DNA from: Adineta vaga
Taxonomy: Eukaryota; Animalia; Rotifera
NCBI GenBank assembly: GCA_021613535.1
Contig: CP075496.1
Span: forward strand, 9,424,001 to 9,488,000
Direction: 5' to 3'
DNA length: 64,000 nucleotides
In this document: in pieces, positions 27,702-41,500 of the stretch
How the letters are laid out: every line of letters begins with the position of its first letter
How positions within the stretch are numbered: the stretch's first letter is position 1
The notes under the pieces: model-generated
The model's database searches: none
The model's input: only the letters and a program-made list of their open reading frames with translations
What the model was told of the DNA's origin: nothing
Made by a program: the position numbers and the translations under genes

Positions 27702-28850
27702 ATGAAGCATATTCGATTGAAAGTCGTTACTATTCTGGCGATCTTTTGTATCTTGGTTCTTTACCCATTTGTCTTTTATTTTCTACACTGGTCATTACCG
27801 TCTAATAACAAGATTGTTTCAGACTTTATTACAAAACCCAACATACCATCGATCTTTCGAAACCAAGTTCAATCGATAAATGATCCCATGAAAAACGACA
27901 TTTATAAACAATGTAAGTCCGTTCTAGAAAGAAGTGAATCATTAGGAATATTACAATTCAATGTTAGTACCAGTGAGTTTTATTTTACCAATCGTACTAC
28001 GAATACTCTATCAGATATTTATTTATTATTACGCTATTCTTTCATACAAGATAATGATCCTAAATTCTATCTACAAATCATTTCTTCATATTTACTTTCC
28101 AAAAATTTACAAAAACTATCCATTCAACAACAAATACGAACTAATATTTTGATTTTTCTCAATGAACGTTTTACAAATGAAATGTATCAACGTTTAGAAA
28201 TATGGTTTAAAACAATATATGAACCGTATACAAGGATAACACGGATTATTCCAATAAAAGATGATAATAGAGTATCTACGAACTTTATTATAAACTACAC
28301 AAAATACAATCAAGATATTCATTTAGATACGATTTTATTCTTTTTTGAAGATAATTATATATTTGAATCTGAGATGCTTTATGATACAATCGAATTTTTC
28401 GCTACTCATGAACCCTGTTTTGTTTATCAACCGATTCATTCAGATCATTGTACATTTGAAACAATTCTTGATAATGAACATATAAATGTTGTCTTAGGAA
28501 AAACTCGTTTATGGCGTTCGATTTCTCCGATGTCTTTTACATATGCTTGTCGTTTGAAAGCATTCTTAACTTTTGAAGATTTACTCATACAATTGGAGGA
28601 TAAGAACGAAAAAATCAATCAATTGATACAGACTCAAGTTGGTCAAACAGTATTTTACTGTGCTACCCCTTCTTATGGTACTCAACTAGAAACACTTCTT
28701 TTACCAAATCAAATCAAAATAACAGCTAATGATGATATGTCAGTATATTTCAAAGATTGGTGGTCTCTTGCACGTCAAGCACTAGGTGAAGCACAAACAA
28801 AAGAATCATTTCCAACTATTAAAATTGATGTACAAAGTCTATTCATATAA
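27702..28850 (+). CDS. Type II membrane protein, putative GT-A-fold glycosyltransferase
   Basis: N-terminal TM anchor; hydrophobic strand followed by an acidic DxD-like motif (ILFFFEDNY); WRSISPMSFTYAC. The family is uncertain. Confidence 0.5.
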   Translation: MKHIRLKVVTILAIFCILVLYPFVFYFLHWSLPSNNKIVSDFITKPNIPSIFRNQVQSINDPMKNDIYKQCKSVLERSESLGILQFNVSTSEFYFTNRTTNTLSDIYLLLRYSFIQDNDPKFYLQIISSYLLSKNLQKLSIQQQIRTNILIFLNERFTNEMYQRLEIWFKTIYEPYTRITRIIPIKDDNRVSTNFIINYTKYNQDIHLDTILFFFEDNYIFESEMLYDTIEFFATHEPCFVYQPIHSDHCTFETILDNEHINVVLGKTRLWRSISPMSFTYACRLKAFLTFEDLLIQLEDKNEKINQLIQTQVGQTVFYCATPSYGTQLETLLLPNQIKITANDDMSVYFKDWWSLARQALGEAQTKESFPTIKIDVQSLFI

Positions 28851-29352
28851 TTGTTATTTTAACGTTAAACTCTGTGACATATCAAATAAAACATATACTT
28901 AAATAACAACCATTTTAATTTTATAGGAAAGAAAAATGTCAATAGTATCCTCGCACTCGTATAATTGATCGATTCAACAGATTTCAATTACATTCTGTAC
29001 GATTCAATTTATTTTAATGATTATTATATAATTTTCAATTTCTCGTTATCGTATATTCTATCGAGATAAAAGTCTTGATCAGAAAAGGAAAAGAAAAAAA
29101 AAGAGTAAAAAAGTTCGTTGACAATACTTTCAGCTTTTTTTTCTTCCAAACATCAACATTGTACATACACTCAAGGAGAGAGAGAGAGAAAGCGAAGGTC
29201 TGTATACCTAACTATACACACGTGTCGTTTTTTTTCTTCTTTTGAAGAATTATAAAATGATGTAAATATATCACGTGTTAAAACGCAAAAGAATTATTCA
29301 ACTATACATACAGTATTTCTCTTCAGACGACGAGATCGTAACGTAAAATATA

Positions 29353-31860
29353 ATGACAACAAAAAAGAAAACAAATAGTATTCCTCGTATTAATATTGTG
29401 TTACTTATTGTTGGCACTCGTGGTGATGTTCAACCTTTTATAGCGTAAGTTCATCAGTATCTTTTGTTTAAAATCAATCATGTGCATATTCTTGTAGTTT
29501 AGGACAAGCACTCCTTGCTGTTGGTCATCGTGTTCGTTTAGCAACACACGATACATTTCGTAAATTTGTACGTGGAAATGGTTTAGAATTTTTTCCATTA
29601 GCAGGTGATCCAGCTGATCTGATGTCATTTATGGTAAAAAATTCTGGTATTATACCATCTGTGAGTAGTATTGCTGCTGGAGATTTAACAAAAAATCGTA
29701 ATATTCTAACGGAAATTTTGGCATCAACTTGGAGTGCATGTACATTGGATGATGATGAAACAGGAGAAGCATTTAGAGCAGAAGCAATTATTGCTAATCC
29801 ACCATCATTTGGTCATGTTCATTGTGCACAAAAATTACAAATTCCATTACATATTATGTTTACGATGCCATGGTCACCAACGACTGCTTTTCCACATCCG
29901 TTAATTAATGTTGATTATTCTAAAGCATCAATTGAAAAAGTCAATATGCTATCGTATAGTGCCATTGAAATGTTTGTAAGTATGTTAAGGATAAGATTAA
30001 TGAAGAAAAATATTTCTTTATTTTGATAGACTTGGTCAAGTATGCGTGATATTGTGAATAATTTTCGTCGAGAAATTTTGAGTCTTCCATCATTACATAC
30101 TCGACAAGCAACATTTATGATGATAGATGAACGTGTACCATATACATATTGTTGGTCACCAACACTCGTACCAAAACCTAATGATTGGGCTGATCATATT
30201 AATGTTTCAGGTTTTTTTATTCTAAAACATGATGCAACGGCAGATACAAATTATCCAGATGATTTATTGGAATTTCTTGGTTTAAAAAAACAGCAAAAAC
30301 ATGAGAAATTATCCTCACCTATTTATATTGGTTTTGGTTCTATTACTGGACATGATTCTGAACGTCTTCTTAAAGTTGTACTAGAAGCACTTGAACAAAC
30401 GGGTCATCGTGCCTTACTTTCTGGTTTAGCTAAAGATGAAAATCAACTACCTGAAACAGTCTTTAAAATCGGTAGTGTTCCACATGATTGGCTGTTTCAA
30501 CATGGTTAGTTGCATCATTTCTAACATGAATTCTGACTACTACTCTGTATATAGTATCTGCTGTATGTCATCATGGTGGAGCAGGTACTACCGCAGCTGG
30601 TCTTCTTGCTGGTAAACCAACTATTATTGTACCGTTTTTTGGAGATCAATTTTTTTGGGGTAATGTCGTTGAAAAAAATGGCGCTGGACCTCATCCAATA
30701 CCTGGAAAAGTTCTCACAACAGAAAATTTAGTTGAAGCATTTGAATTTGTTCATCAACCCAAAACCAAAGCAGCGGCTGAACGCATTCGAGATGCTATGT
30801 TAAAAGAAAACGGTTGTGATGAAGCAGTACGTGCATTTCATGCTCATCTTCCATTATCATCAATGCGTAGTGACCTTGAATCAACATATACCGCTTGTTA
30901 TCAATTAAAAGATCAACAATTACAAATATCTCGTTCTGTCGCTCAAGTACTTCTCATAGGAGGACGAATAGATGAATCACAACTATTAATTCATCCAACA
31001 CGAGAATGGTTGTCAACGTATGATAATCGTATTCATATACCATTTCATGGTCTCCTGAAACATACACAAAAAGCGGTTGTTACTCTTGTCATTGATGTTA
31101 CTAATGGTATGAAACAAGCTGTTCATTGTGATACCTGGCAAAATGGTACACGCAGTGTTGTTGAAGGTATGGTTAAAGGTTTAAGTAAAAGTATTGGTCA
31201 TCTATGTATTGGTTGTATCTCACTTTATGGAGAACTGACAGATGTCCTAGATGCTGCACCAACCTATTATGATCTTTACAAGTAAATAGGTCATTGTCTT
31301 TATAGGACAATTGAAGAAATCTAATATATATATATCTATATATGTATGTGTGTAACTACTTTTTCTTTTATAGTGAATCTCAACTTCGTGCTCGACCATA
31401 TATTGTTGATATCGACTCAGGTATAAATGCTGCTATTCTTGCTATCTATTACGGTTGGACAGATGGTATTAATGGTTTTTTCGATACGCCACGTATTGGT
31501 TATGAACGTCATGGAACATTAGGTGGTGTTGCAGGAACACTTATAGCTGTTGCAAATAGTTTCATAAAACCTTTAGTTGGAACATTATCTTCATTTACTT
31601 GGTTATGTCGAGGTTTGTATGCTAATATCAATAATCCTATGCTTAGTAACAATGAAGATGAAACAGATGTAGCAAACACCATTGGTCTAGATTTATCTTC
31701 ATTGAATTTCACTCAAGATAATATTAATCAACAAAATGATAATGATGTTTCTCATGCCGCTATATTAGCAGCATCTAAAACTGGTTTTAAGTCACATATT
31801 TGTCAACAGATTTTATCCAAATTTGATCAAATTAAGCAGCAATGCTCTACGATTAGTTGA
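29353..31860 (+). CDS. Sterol 3-beta-glucosyltransferase-like protein (GT1, UGT80/Atg26 type); exons 29353-29444, 29498-29975, 30030-30504, 30555-31281, 31374-31860 (752 aa)
   Basis: IVGTRGDVQPF, GHRVRLATH, IIANPPSFGHVHCAQKL, WSPTLVPKPNDW, IYIGFGSI, PHDWLF, HHGGAGTTAAGL and PFFGDQFFWG; four in-phase introns. Confidence 0.92.
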
Positions 31861-32224
31861 CGTGAACATCAATCCTGATCAGTAATGATTATTGATTCAA
31901 CTACTGAAAACTAATATTTTCGTATTGATCTATTTTTGCAATGTCTATTTTTTTATAAATCAAATCATTGTTCATTAGTGAGCTATGATAGATAAAAGAA
32001 TAGAACTATTGCCCAATTAGATTTACAGTCAAAACTATATAATAACTGCTCATGATCATGTACTGTTACAAACTACTCTAATTCCTGTTCATATATATCA
32101 TCAGATGATAAAAGTTATTATATTTCATCGATTGTTTTTCTTATAAAACGAACTTTATTAATAAATATTCTATTTAAATATGCCCAAACTATGGATGTCG
32201 CATGGTTGTTATTCAATGTTCATT

Positions 32225-33901
32225 TTATAGATGTATTCTTTGCATATTATTCATTGCTTTTGAGATATTGTTTAAATCTTTTCGAGTCTTTCTTATATCA
32301 TTCTTCATTTGCGTCATTTGTTGTAATGTTTCATCATATTGTGTATTAATATTGCGTTGTAGAGTCATTACTTCATGTAGACCAATACAACTATCGACTA
32401 AATATCCTTGTTGTCTTTTTGTTTGTTGTAAATAATGTATTGATCGATAAAGTTGTCGTTGTGCTTGAAGAGATTGCATGAATGTTTGTTTATTTTGTCG
32501 TTTTAAATACCATACTTTAATGGCAAATTTTACTACATTAGCTGCTTGATATTGATGATCTTTAGATAATTGCATGTTCAATACAAATGTATGAATATAT
32601 TTTTCTTCACGAGTTAACTGTAATTTTTGGCTGAGAACAGTAATTAGAAGCGCAGATGAAAGTAGACCAAATAGACCAATGATAGCTGTAATACCTATTG
32701 CTTATAATTAAAATGAATTATCGAAGAATTCATCTACTTACCCCGTCCACAAAATGTCGATGGATATATATCTCCAAAACCTATACGAAAGTATACTTTG
32801 AATTTAGTTTTTCAGAATAGTTTCAAAGAGTATATCTACCTACCGACTGTAGTAAATGTAACGATGAATAACCACATTGAATCAGATAAAGGTACATGAT
32901 CTCCTGTTGATAGATAATTACATGCACGTAAAGACCAACTTCCAATCAGAAAAGCAATAATAATGAGAGTTAGCAAACATCGAACTGGCCATTGTTCAAG
33001 ATACGTTTTTAGTAAAAAGGAAAAATCAATGGTTACTTGATTGAGACAACTAAGTGATCGTAATGATGCATTACGAAACAGATATGAATGAAACATCATC
33101 GAACGACCAAGTAAATAAAGACGAAAGAACACTTCACAAATGATTATATGTATTTTTTACGAAAGAGAAAAAAACAAACAACTTATATTTACTTGGTAAA
33201 CTTAATCCAACATCAACAGATGTATATGATGGAGATCGATAATCGGTAGAATTTGTGGAAATATTTTCAATATTGGAATATAAATTTAATAATGGCATAG
33301 GATGAATAGCACAAATGATGATTTCACTGGCAATTAAAAATATCTTTGCTTTTGTTAAACCAACACGAGAATCTTCAAGAGAATTTTGAATTGAATAAAG
33401 TTTTAAATCTAAATAATGATAATAAAATATCAAAACAAGAAGCATCATTGTTGTGATAGAAATAATTAATTTGATCGACCAAGTAGCTCGAATATCATTA
33501 TGTTTAATATGATTAAAAATTAATTCATTTTCAATAATCATAAGAATAATACCCAAAATACCCAGAAGACACATTATATTAGTAATGAGAGCACTAGAAT
33601 AAACGAAAATCATTTGAAACTGATTAAATAAAAAAGTGATTTTTTTTTACAGTCGATTATTCAAAAGTTTTCTCATACGTATTCGAAAACTTATTCCAGT
33701 AATTGTATTTTCTAGGTTTATTGATATTGGTTTTCGTTTCGAAGAACCTTGACGAAATTCATCACGATGAACCTTTGTAGAATTACTTGAGTAATGAGAA
33801 GATGAAATGGAATTTGATGTAACAGAAACAATCGATGATAAGGGTATGTTAACTGTGAGACAATGTATTGTTGATGTAGTTGATTTTTTATACGTACCCA
33901 T
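32225..33901 (-). CDS. Small-conductance Ca2+-activated K+ channel (SK/KCNN)-like, multi-exon; 5' end uncertain
   Basis: GIILMIIENEL, EIIICAIHPMP, PMFFRLYLLGR, WLFIVTFTTVGFGDIYPSTFCGR (pore completed by a 39-nt exon, 32780-32742) and the CaM-binding region TREEKYIHTF..AANVVK. Confidence 0.85.
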
Positions 33902-35357
33902 AGAAATGACAGGTTGTACTTTTACAGAACTCAGTAATAATAATCGTCTACAAATGAATAATATGATTATACTGTGTTTGTATTATAGCAATATCGATCA
34001 AAAGCCTTTTATGATCTCGAAAATGAAAAATTATTATTTACCAGTATGTATTCATTGGCAAAACACTTACTATCGTTCGCTTCTAATAATCCATATTATT
34101 GTAAATGAAATAAGAAAGGAAAGAAACAACTTGACTTCATATGCTATAATATAGACTGTCAGACGATATGAATGAGTCATTTTTCTCTCGTTAATACATC
34201 ATTTGAAAGATAGTAAAAGTAGGAAAGAGTGAATTACATAGTTCTATATAAAGATAATCTGTTCGATAGACTTGAGTTCATTCTTTCTAACTTAACTGTA
34301 CTAATTCTGCTTTTGGTTTATTCAAAGCAGGAAAGTATCCTCTATTTTTGGTTATAGTTTTCATTTCGACTCGTTATTTTTTTACAATGTCTCTGTTGTT
34401 TATAATTCATTTAGAAATAAATACAAGAGACGAGTAAACGTATTTAAAGAAAAACACAACGAAGAATATATTGAATAGAATCCATGCTGAGATCCATTAG
34501 CTCGCAAAAAATATATATATATAAGTTTCAGCTTGTTCTATTCAATACGCGAGTCAATTTTGATTGAATATAATTCATTATTGTAATAATATTCTTTTCA
34601 ATACATTTCTTCAATGTTAGTTTTATAATCATCGGTTCTTTTGTTATTCTTATCATGGTTTATAGAAATCAATTCACGTAAATATTTCAACAATCTTCAT
34701 TCACTGTTCGAAACATATAGAGAATTTTGATATTTTAAATAACAAACATCAATTGCAAATCTAATCATAATTCTGTATTAAAAGAAATATAACTATGAAC
34801 ATAAAATACACTAAGAAACTTTTAATAGAACTGATATGTCTGAGAAAAGAAAAATGATATTTGATAACCGCATTTATTTACACTTATATTAAATCAAAAT
34901 TATAAAAAATTGTTTTCTTCTTCATCAGAGTATTTAACAGCGTCATAGATGTAGTCAGATCACCATAATGTCTTATATCTCAACCTTAGCTGTTTTCATT
35001 CCCTATTTTTTCATTTTCGTTTTACTCTTTTAACTTTCCTCATGAATGATCATACTTCGTACAATAATCATCAACTCGTATGGGTCAAGATTTCCGTTGG
35101 ATAACAATAACTCTATCTTTAATATGGCAGTATACTTAAGTCAATAACTAATCTATATATTTTCTTTTCATTTCATCAATCTAATCAGCTTTCGATGTTC
35201 AAAATCGACTTGCTTTTCTTTTGTCTTTGCAATAAATTATTTCACTTCTCTGTATTTTCTCCTATGCAACTAATGATCATATGATATATTAAAACAGAAT
35301 TAAAAAGAAGCAATACAATATATGCGAATAAAAACAAACAAGTTTTATTTTACTTAA

Positions 35358-36284
35358 TCATGATTGTAAGTATTTTTTAAACCAATCATTTGCTTCATTT
35401 GCTGTCAATTCAAACTGATCTTTGTATGCTGAAAAATGATCACCATTAAATTTCACCAATTTCTTTGGTTCACCAGCACGTTGTTCAAATACTTCAATTT
35501 CATCTTCACTAAATGTAACTGTATCATGATCAGCAACAAGCATTAATAAAGGACATGGTGAAATCTTTTCAATTGATTCTTCTGGATTGTATTCACCATA
35601 TAATTGAACACTATGTAATGTTTGTTCATTTTTCCAATTTTTATATCGCCATTTATCTTTCTCTTCAGCATGACCAACATCAAAAAAATTCCACCAATCA
35701 GGTTGTTCTTCAGGTCGTATGATAGGAATTATTCTTGGTATACCACCTTCTTCTCTTTGTTTTTGATCTCGTTCTAAAGCTTTTAATAATCTTTGATAAT
35801 TTTCTTCAGTTTTATTACGTCGTTTCAAATTCTTTCGTCCATTAATAGATGGCATTTGTGAAACAACACATTTGACACGTTTATCATTCGCACTAACTAC
35901 TAAAACATGTCCACCACTATAACTTGTACCCCAAATACCAATTCGATTCGAATCAACTAGATCTATCAATGATTGTAAATAAGTAATTGCTGAACTATAA
36001 CCTTGAACTTGTTTATTTGGATCGATTTCTTGTCGTGGTTCACCTGAACTTTCACCGAAATTTTCATGATCATAGAGAAGAACAACAAAATTTGATTGAA
36101 CAAATCGTTCAGCATATTTATCCACAAACAATTCTTTAACAGCACCATAACCGTGTGTTATTACAATTGCTGGATAACGTTGTTTATCATCCTGTTTTGA
36201 AATAGGTTCGTAAAGCCAACCTCGTAAAATAACACCATCCTGTGCAGGAAATTCAACATTACGACGTGTAAACAATGTATTCAT
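35358..36284 (-). CDS. Alpha/beta hydrolase (S15/COG1073-like, bacterial type), intronless
   Basis: VEFPAQDGVILRGWLYEP, HGYGAVKE, YDHENFGESSGEPRQEID, nucleophile elbow GIWGTSYSGGH, late Asp (ADHD) and His (GDHF). Confidence 0.9.
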   Translation of the reverse strand: MNTLFTRRNVEFPAQDGVILRGWLYEPISKQDDKQRYPAIVITHGYGAVKELFVDKYAERFVQSNFVVLLYDHENFGESSGEPRQEIDPNKQVQGYSSAITYLQSLIDLVDSNRIGIWGTSYSGGHVLVVSANDKRVKCVVSQMPSINGRKNLKRRNKTEENYQRLLKALERDQKQREEGGIPRIIPIIRPEEQPDWWNFFDVGHAEEKDKWRYKNWKNEQTLHSVQLYGEYNPEESIEKISPCPLLMLVADHDTVTFSEDEIEVFEQRAGEPKKLVKFNGDHFSAYKDQFELTANEANDWFKKYLQS

Positions 36285-36585
36285 ATTGAATGTGAATATC
36301 TGAAAACAAATGCGTTTACTTGAAGAAATGGTGTAAAGTGAAAGAAAGATAAAAACATACGATAAGAAAAGCAAATAATATGTGTTTTAAATATTTTGAA
36401 AAGAGAATAAAATAACACACGTGGTGAATACATATTGAAAGACCTTAGAAAATCATCAGCTGCAATAATACTGGTATACTATAGCGCCCAATCGAATATA
36501 TGTGTCAATAACAACTACTTTACAATCTTTCAAGATTAGTGAATAAGTTTATTTTCAATAATAAATAGAAAAATACACATAAAGT

Positions 36586-38278
36586 TTATGTCCATTGTAA
36601 ATAGATATAATCCATTTTTCGTATTATTGTAAAATTTTGAAGAAGATCATTCATATTGATGATAGTCTCCAATTTTCGAATTACTTTGTTATCAATTGTT
36701 GACATATGAAAAGATAATACATGTAAATTCTGATGACATTCATATTTAATTTTTTTCAGAACATTCCATACAAAAGATTCGATATCTATATTCGAAATAG
36801 AATCAACTTGAAGAGAATTCATTTGTGGACAAAGTTTAATCAGAAAATAAACTTCATTGATATCTGTTATATGTTCTAGACAAATTGTTTTAATTTGATT
36901 TTCATTCGAAACAAATCGACGAATTAGTTTTTCATTAGACAACAATTTTTTGAGGGTGATAATGATAAAGAATGAAGTTTTAATACATCAAGTTCACATA
37001 ATCCATTGGTTATATGAATCAAAGTTTGGAAATCAATTGGTTCGTATCGAATTTCTAAATGATGATAATTTGTTTCTGTAGAAATATTTTGAATGTCCAT
37101 AACTGGGTATTGAAAATCTTCATCATTGAAAGGACATATAAAAATTAATCGTAAAGATTTTGAATAATCAACAGACGATTGTTTTCTAAAATATAAGAAT
37201 CAAAACACATATTTCAAATAAATAAGATAATAAACTACTTATAGGGTCGAATAGAATGTCGAGTATCGTATATATCAATTGTTGTTTCGAATATCCATTG
37301 TCGTTCAGTCCAAAATGATGAATTAAATTGATTGAAATCATCGAGATGTATTGAATTGTCAAGAGGCTCACTGTCTTCCTTATATTCAAAATATAAATTT
37401 TCTAATCCAGGTAAATATTTTGATATTAAATATTCCCATCGATTGGCATTCAGATAAGTTGTATCTTCACTATAAGTTTCGAAATGAAAACTTTTCAATA
37501 GACATTTTAAACTTTTAATGAAAATTTCCAATTCATCGAATTCTATAGAAGGTTTATTTAGAGTAAGAGTCGTTAAATTGAATAATTCTATTGTTGGTAT
37601 ATGTGAATTGATTGAATTATTATCATCTGAATGGGTCAATTTCAATTTCTGTAATCGTGGTGTATAAGATAATAATGTTGACAATTCATGAGATGTATAA
37701 GGATGATCAATGTTAAAATATTCAATCGTTGATAGTTGTTGTTCTGAAGCCATTGGTAATGAAAGAGAGACATTAACACTTCGTGCTGAACATTTTAGAT
37801 ATTTCAAATGTGGTAAAGCAAATATTAATTTATAAAAATCAGTTAATTCTTTGTTTTGATAATTTAAATTGATTGATAATGAAAATAGACGAGGTAGACA
37901 TGTCAAATCCGTTAAAAGAGAATGAGTTTTAATTGATTTTATATCATTAAGAATAATACATTCAAGATGATTGAATGATTTATCTACTGGAAATAATTCG
38001 AAAAAATGTTCATATGTTGATGATAAAAACACATTCAAAGATAACATTTGATGTTTATGAAAAAGAATGAATTGTTTGTAATTATCTGTATATATATCAT
38101 CAGAAATTGAGTTAACTTTAATTTTAAAAAGAAGAGATGAACATGTAAGAAGTTGCTGAAAATGATAATTGAGATTATAAAAAGCATTGTATATATCATA
38201 ACAATCGAGATAATTAAATATTTCATAAAACAATTCATTAGATAAATTTTCAATTGACATTATCATTGTGTGATTCAA
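36586..38278 (-). pseudogene. F-box/LRR-like gene with an apparent 1-nt frameshift in exon 2
   Basis: IENLSNELFYEIFNYL F-box start; intron near 37238-37186; exon 2 reads open to the A6 run at 36946-36951, then homologous sequence continues in another frame (LSNEKLIRR..YIYLQWT). Confidence 0.6.
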
Positions 38279-38560
38279 ATTCGAAAGATAAATATCGATA
38301 CTATGTTTATGTATAAGTATATAGAATGCCTTTCACAATCGTCCGATTTGTATATCGCACAAAGACAGATTAGAAGCTATCCGATAGATGTCAATAAAGA
38401 TAACTAAAAAGAGTTTTCTTTTCAAAAATATTTTGCATCATTGTCAGATCAAAGCAATTGTCATTCTTATAATGAATAGATTTTTTCAGAATTATTTTGA
38501 ATTAGAGAAAAAGAAAAGGTTTGAAAAAAGAAAAGTCTATGTTATTTATAGTTCTTTGTT

Positions 38561-41500
38561 TCAATGTGAAAATTTGATAGAATGTTGACGATTATCTTTG
38601 TCTCTACAATTGCGTCCATGACGACATGGTATTTTTGCATTGTTGAAAGCAGATGAAACGTGAGAACCACGTCCGTGCGGATGGGAATATTTCGCACAGT
38701 GTTGAGGATCATTTTTGTCACGACAACCGTTTCCGTGCTGACATTGTATTTTTTCATGACCAGAAGACGACGGATGAGAATATCTTAAACAATGACGAGA
38801 ATCATTCTTATCTCGACAATCGCGTCCATGACGACACTGTATTTTTTCATCAGTCGAAGTTGACGATGCTTGAGATCCACGATTATTTGGATGAGAAAAT
38901 TTTGCCCTATGATCAGGATCATTTTTATTTCTACAGTCATTTCCATAACGACATGGAAGAAGATCATGGTAAGATTCAGATGGTCCATCAGGATGTGAAA
39001 ATTTTGAACAATGATGACCATCGTTCTGAGCAGTACATTCTGATCCATATCGGCAAGGAATTTTTTGAGCATTCTCTTGTCCTCCACCTCCGTAAGAAGA
39101 GATTTTGTTTTGATTGATGGAACTTGCACCAGATGGTGAAGATTTATCATCTGTACTCTCTACGAGATAAATACAAGAAAATAAATAAAAATAGACAGAT
39201 TAAATTAAGTTACTTTTATTATTTTTTGTGAGATCGATTTTTTCACCATGTGAATATTTCATTCGATGTTCAAACGTTTTATCATGGCAGTCTGATTTGT
39301 TTCGACAAGGTATAAGAAAATCTGGGTAGCCTTTATGTCTATATGTAGCTCGATGAATTGGATCATCCAGTTTTGAACATTTAGGATCCCATGAACATTG
39401 TTCAACTTGACGTGATTCATGTGTTAAATGCGGTTCTTGATCTTGATTCTTGCAAATCTCAGCATACGGACAAGGATGACTAAATTCTTCCGTATGATTT
39501 GGTGACTTTTGCGATAAACAATAAATTGATTCCGAACATGGTTTACGTTTTTTATCATTACCAACGAGATAATCAACGACATTATGAGCAAAACGACCTA
39601 CTTTAGATAAAACTGATGGAGATTTTTCTCGAGATGAATCGCCACTATGTGATCCTTTTTGACGAGATGAAACATTATGTTCTGGTGTAAAATTTTTATC
39701 ATACGAAGGATGTAAATCTGGAATTTCTTCAAAAGTAACAATTAAATTTCGAACTGGAATCTTTCGTGCACCAGCACTGATATGGATAAATCTTAATCTA
39801 CTTAGATCAAGAGTAGCCTTAGGAAAATGACATGAAATTCTTTCGTTACAATAAATACCATTTGGTCCAGCGTGTGAAAGTGTGACTCGTCCTGTTTTCT
39901 TCTCGAGTTTCAGACAAAAGGTAAGAAAATTTTCGATATTACTACCACGATAAAATGTACGTGTACTTGCCGAACAATTACCATTAGTCATGATAATATC
40001 ATGTCGAAATGGATCATCAGCATTTACATATGAATAGGCTTCATTATAGTTTGTTGTTGTGATGGATGGCCGTTCAGCGAGATAACAAACAAGATATCGG
40101 ATATTTGTTTGTTTTATTTTAGGATCAAAAGGTTCATTCGATAATGTTAACATCATATCGCCATACATTGTTTGCCAATAGATATAAATATCATCCAAGT
40201 CTGTAGTTCTTTTGTGATTTCGACGATATTGATCACAAGCTTTATTTACTGTAACTGGTAAAACGACATGTTCGGTAAAGCGACTTGGTGCGAGAGTAAT
40301 AACAGTACCATATAAATATGATGAACGTTTCATTCGTTTTTCAATCTTTTCAATAAGTTTCTGAACAACAAATTCTTGATATTTAGAACGACTCTCATCT
40401 TTTGAACGTAGATCAGAAAATGCTAGATTAACTTGATGGTCGGTTATATGTAAACAATTACGAAATGTTTTTTTCGCTGAATTTTGAGCAACTGCTGACA
40501 AAGATTCGAATAGATTTTTCGGAATATAGACTGCATCAATATAATCCAATGGAACTAATTGAGGTAAATGTGCTTCAAATACTTCATGTGAATCAACATT
40601 TATCCATCGATGAAGAATATCTTTAACATTGACATCCATATTTTTCTTCAGTATTCCTGTTATAGCAATGAGTTCTGCTGCAGCGGCATATGCATAATCG
40701 GGTGTGGAACAATGTAATTTTGATCTATGGAAACATTTGATTTTTTCAGACTCTGAACCAGGATCGCTAACCCATGGACGATGAGGATATGTTCTTCCAC
40801 TATGAAATGATGTAGCTGCTTGCGGAGAAAAATTAGCATCGGGATGGAACATAACTTCTCTTTTAAATACCAAAAAGATATCTCCATAATAGTGACCAAG
40901 ATGTGGACCAAGAATACTGAAAACATGTTTATTTGTACCTAATTTTTTATCTAATTCATATTGAATACCAGTGGGAGCAGTGCATAAATTCCATGAAGCT
41001 GTAGCAATATCAATGGCACGTTTTCGAATTGTATCAATTTCTTCTGGCTTCAACATACTGTTTAAAATTCGTTCTTCTCTACGTATAGTATCATTCATTT
41101 CATCGGATGAAAAAGATGTTCCAGAAACGCTCATAGAGATGTCAATAACTGGATGTGCTGTATATTTTTTATTATACTCCAATGCGACAATAGCCCGAAT
41201 ATATTCTTTAGCATGCTGTTCAATGGTCGCTAATTTATAACGATCAAAAATAGCTCGAACATGTTTATGTTCTTGAACAGCTTGAGCAGCAAATCGAGGT
41301 TTTTTTAAATGTTCCATATGTTCACTAGACATTACATGACCATGAACAAGTATGGATTCGAAAATAAGTTTTGAACAACGATGCACAGGTTGTAAAGCTT
41401 TAACAAAGTTTTGTATTTCTTTTGAAATGGACAATTTTTGTTTTACTTGAGAAACATAACCATTGATAGCTTTGATCATATGGTCTTGATTTTCGACAAA

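Noticed and set aside
38542-39150. Repetitive ORFs 38542-38757, 38653-39117 and 38785-39150
   Set aside because: Alternate-frame or antisense shadows of the PBZ-repeat terminal exon.
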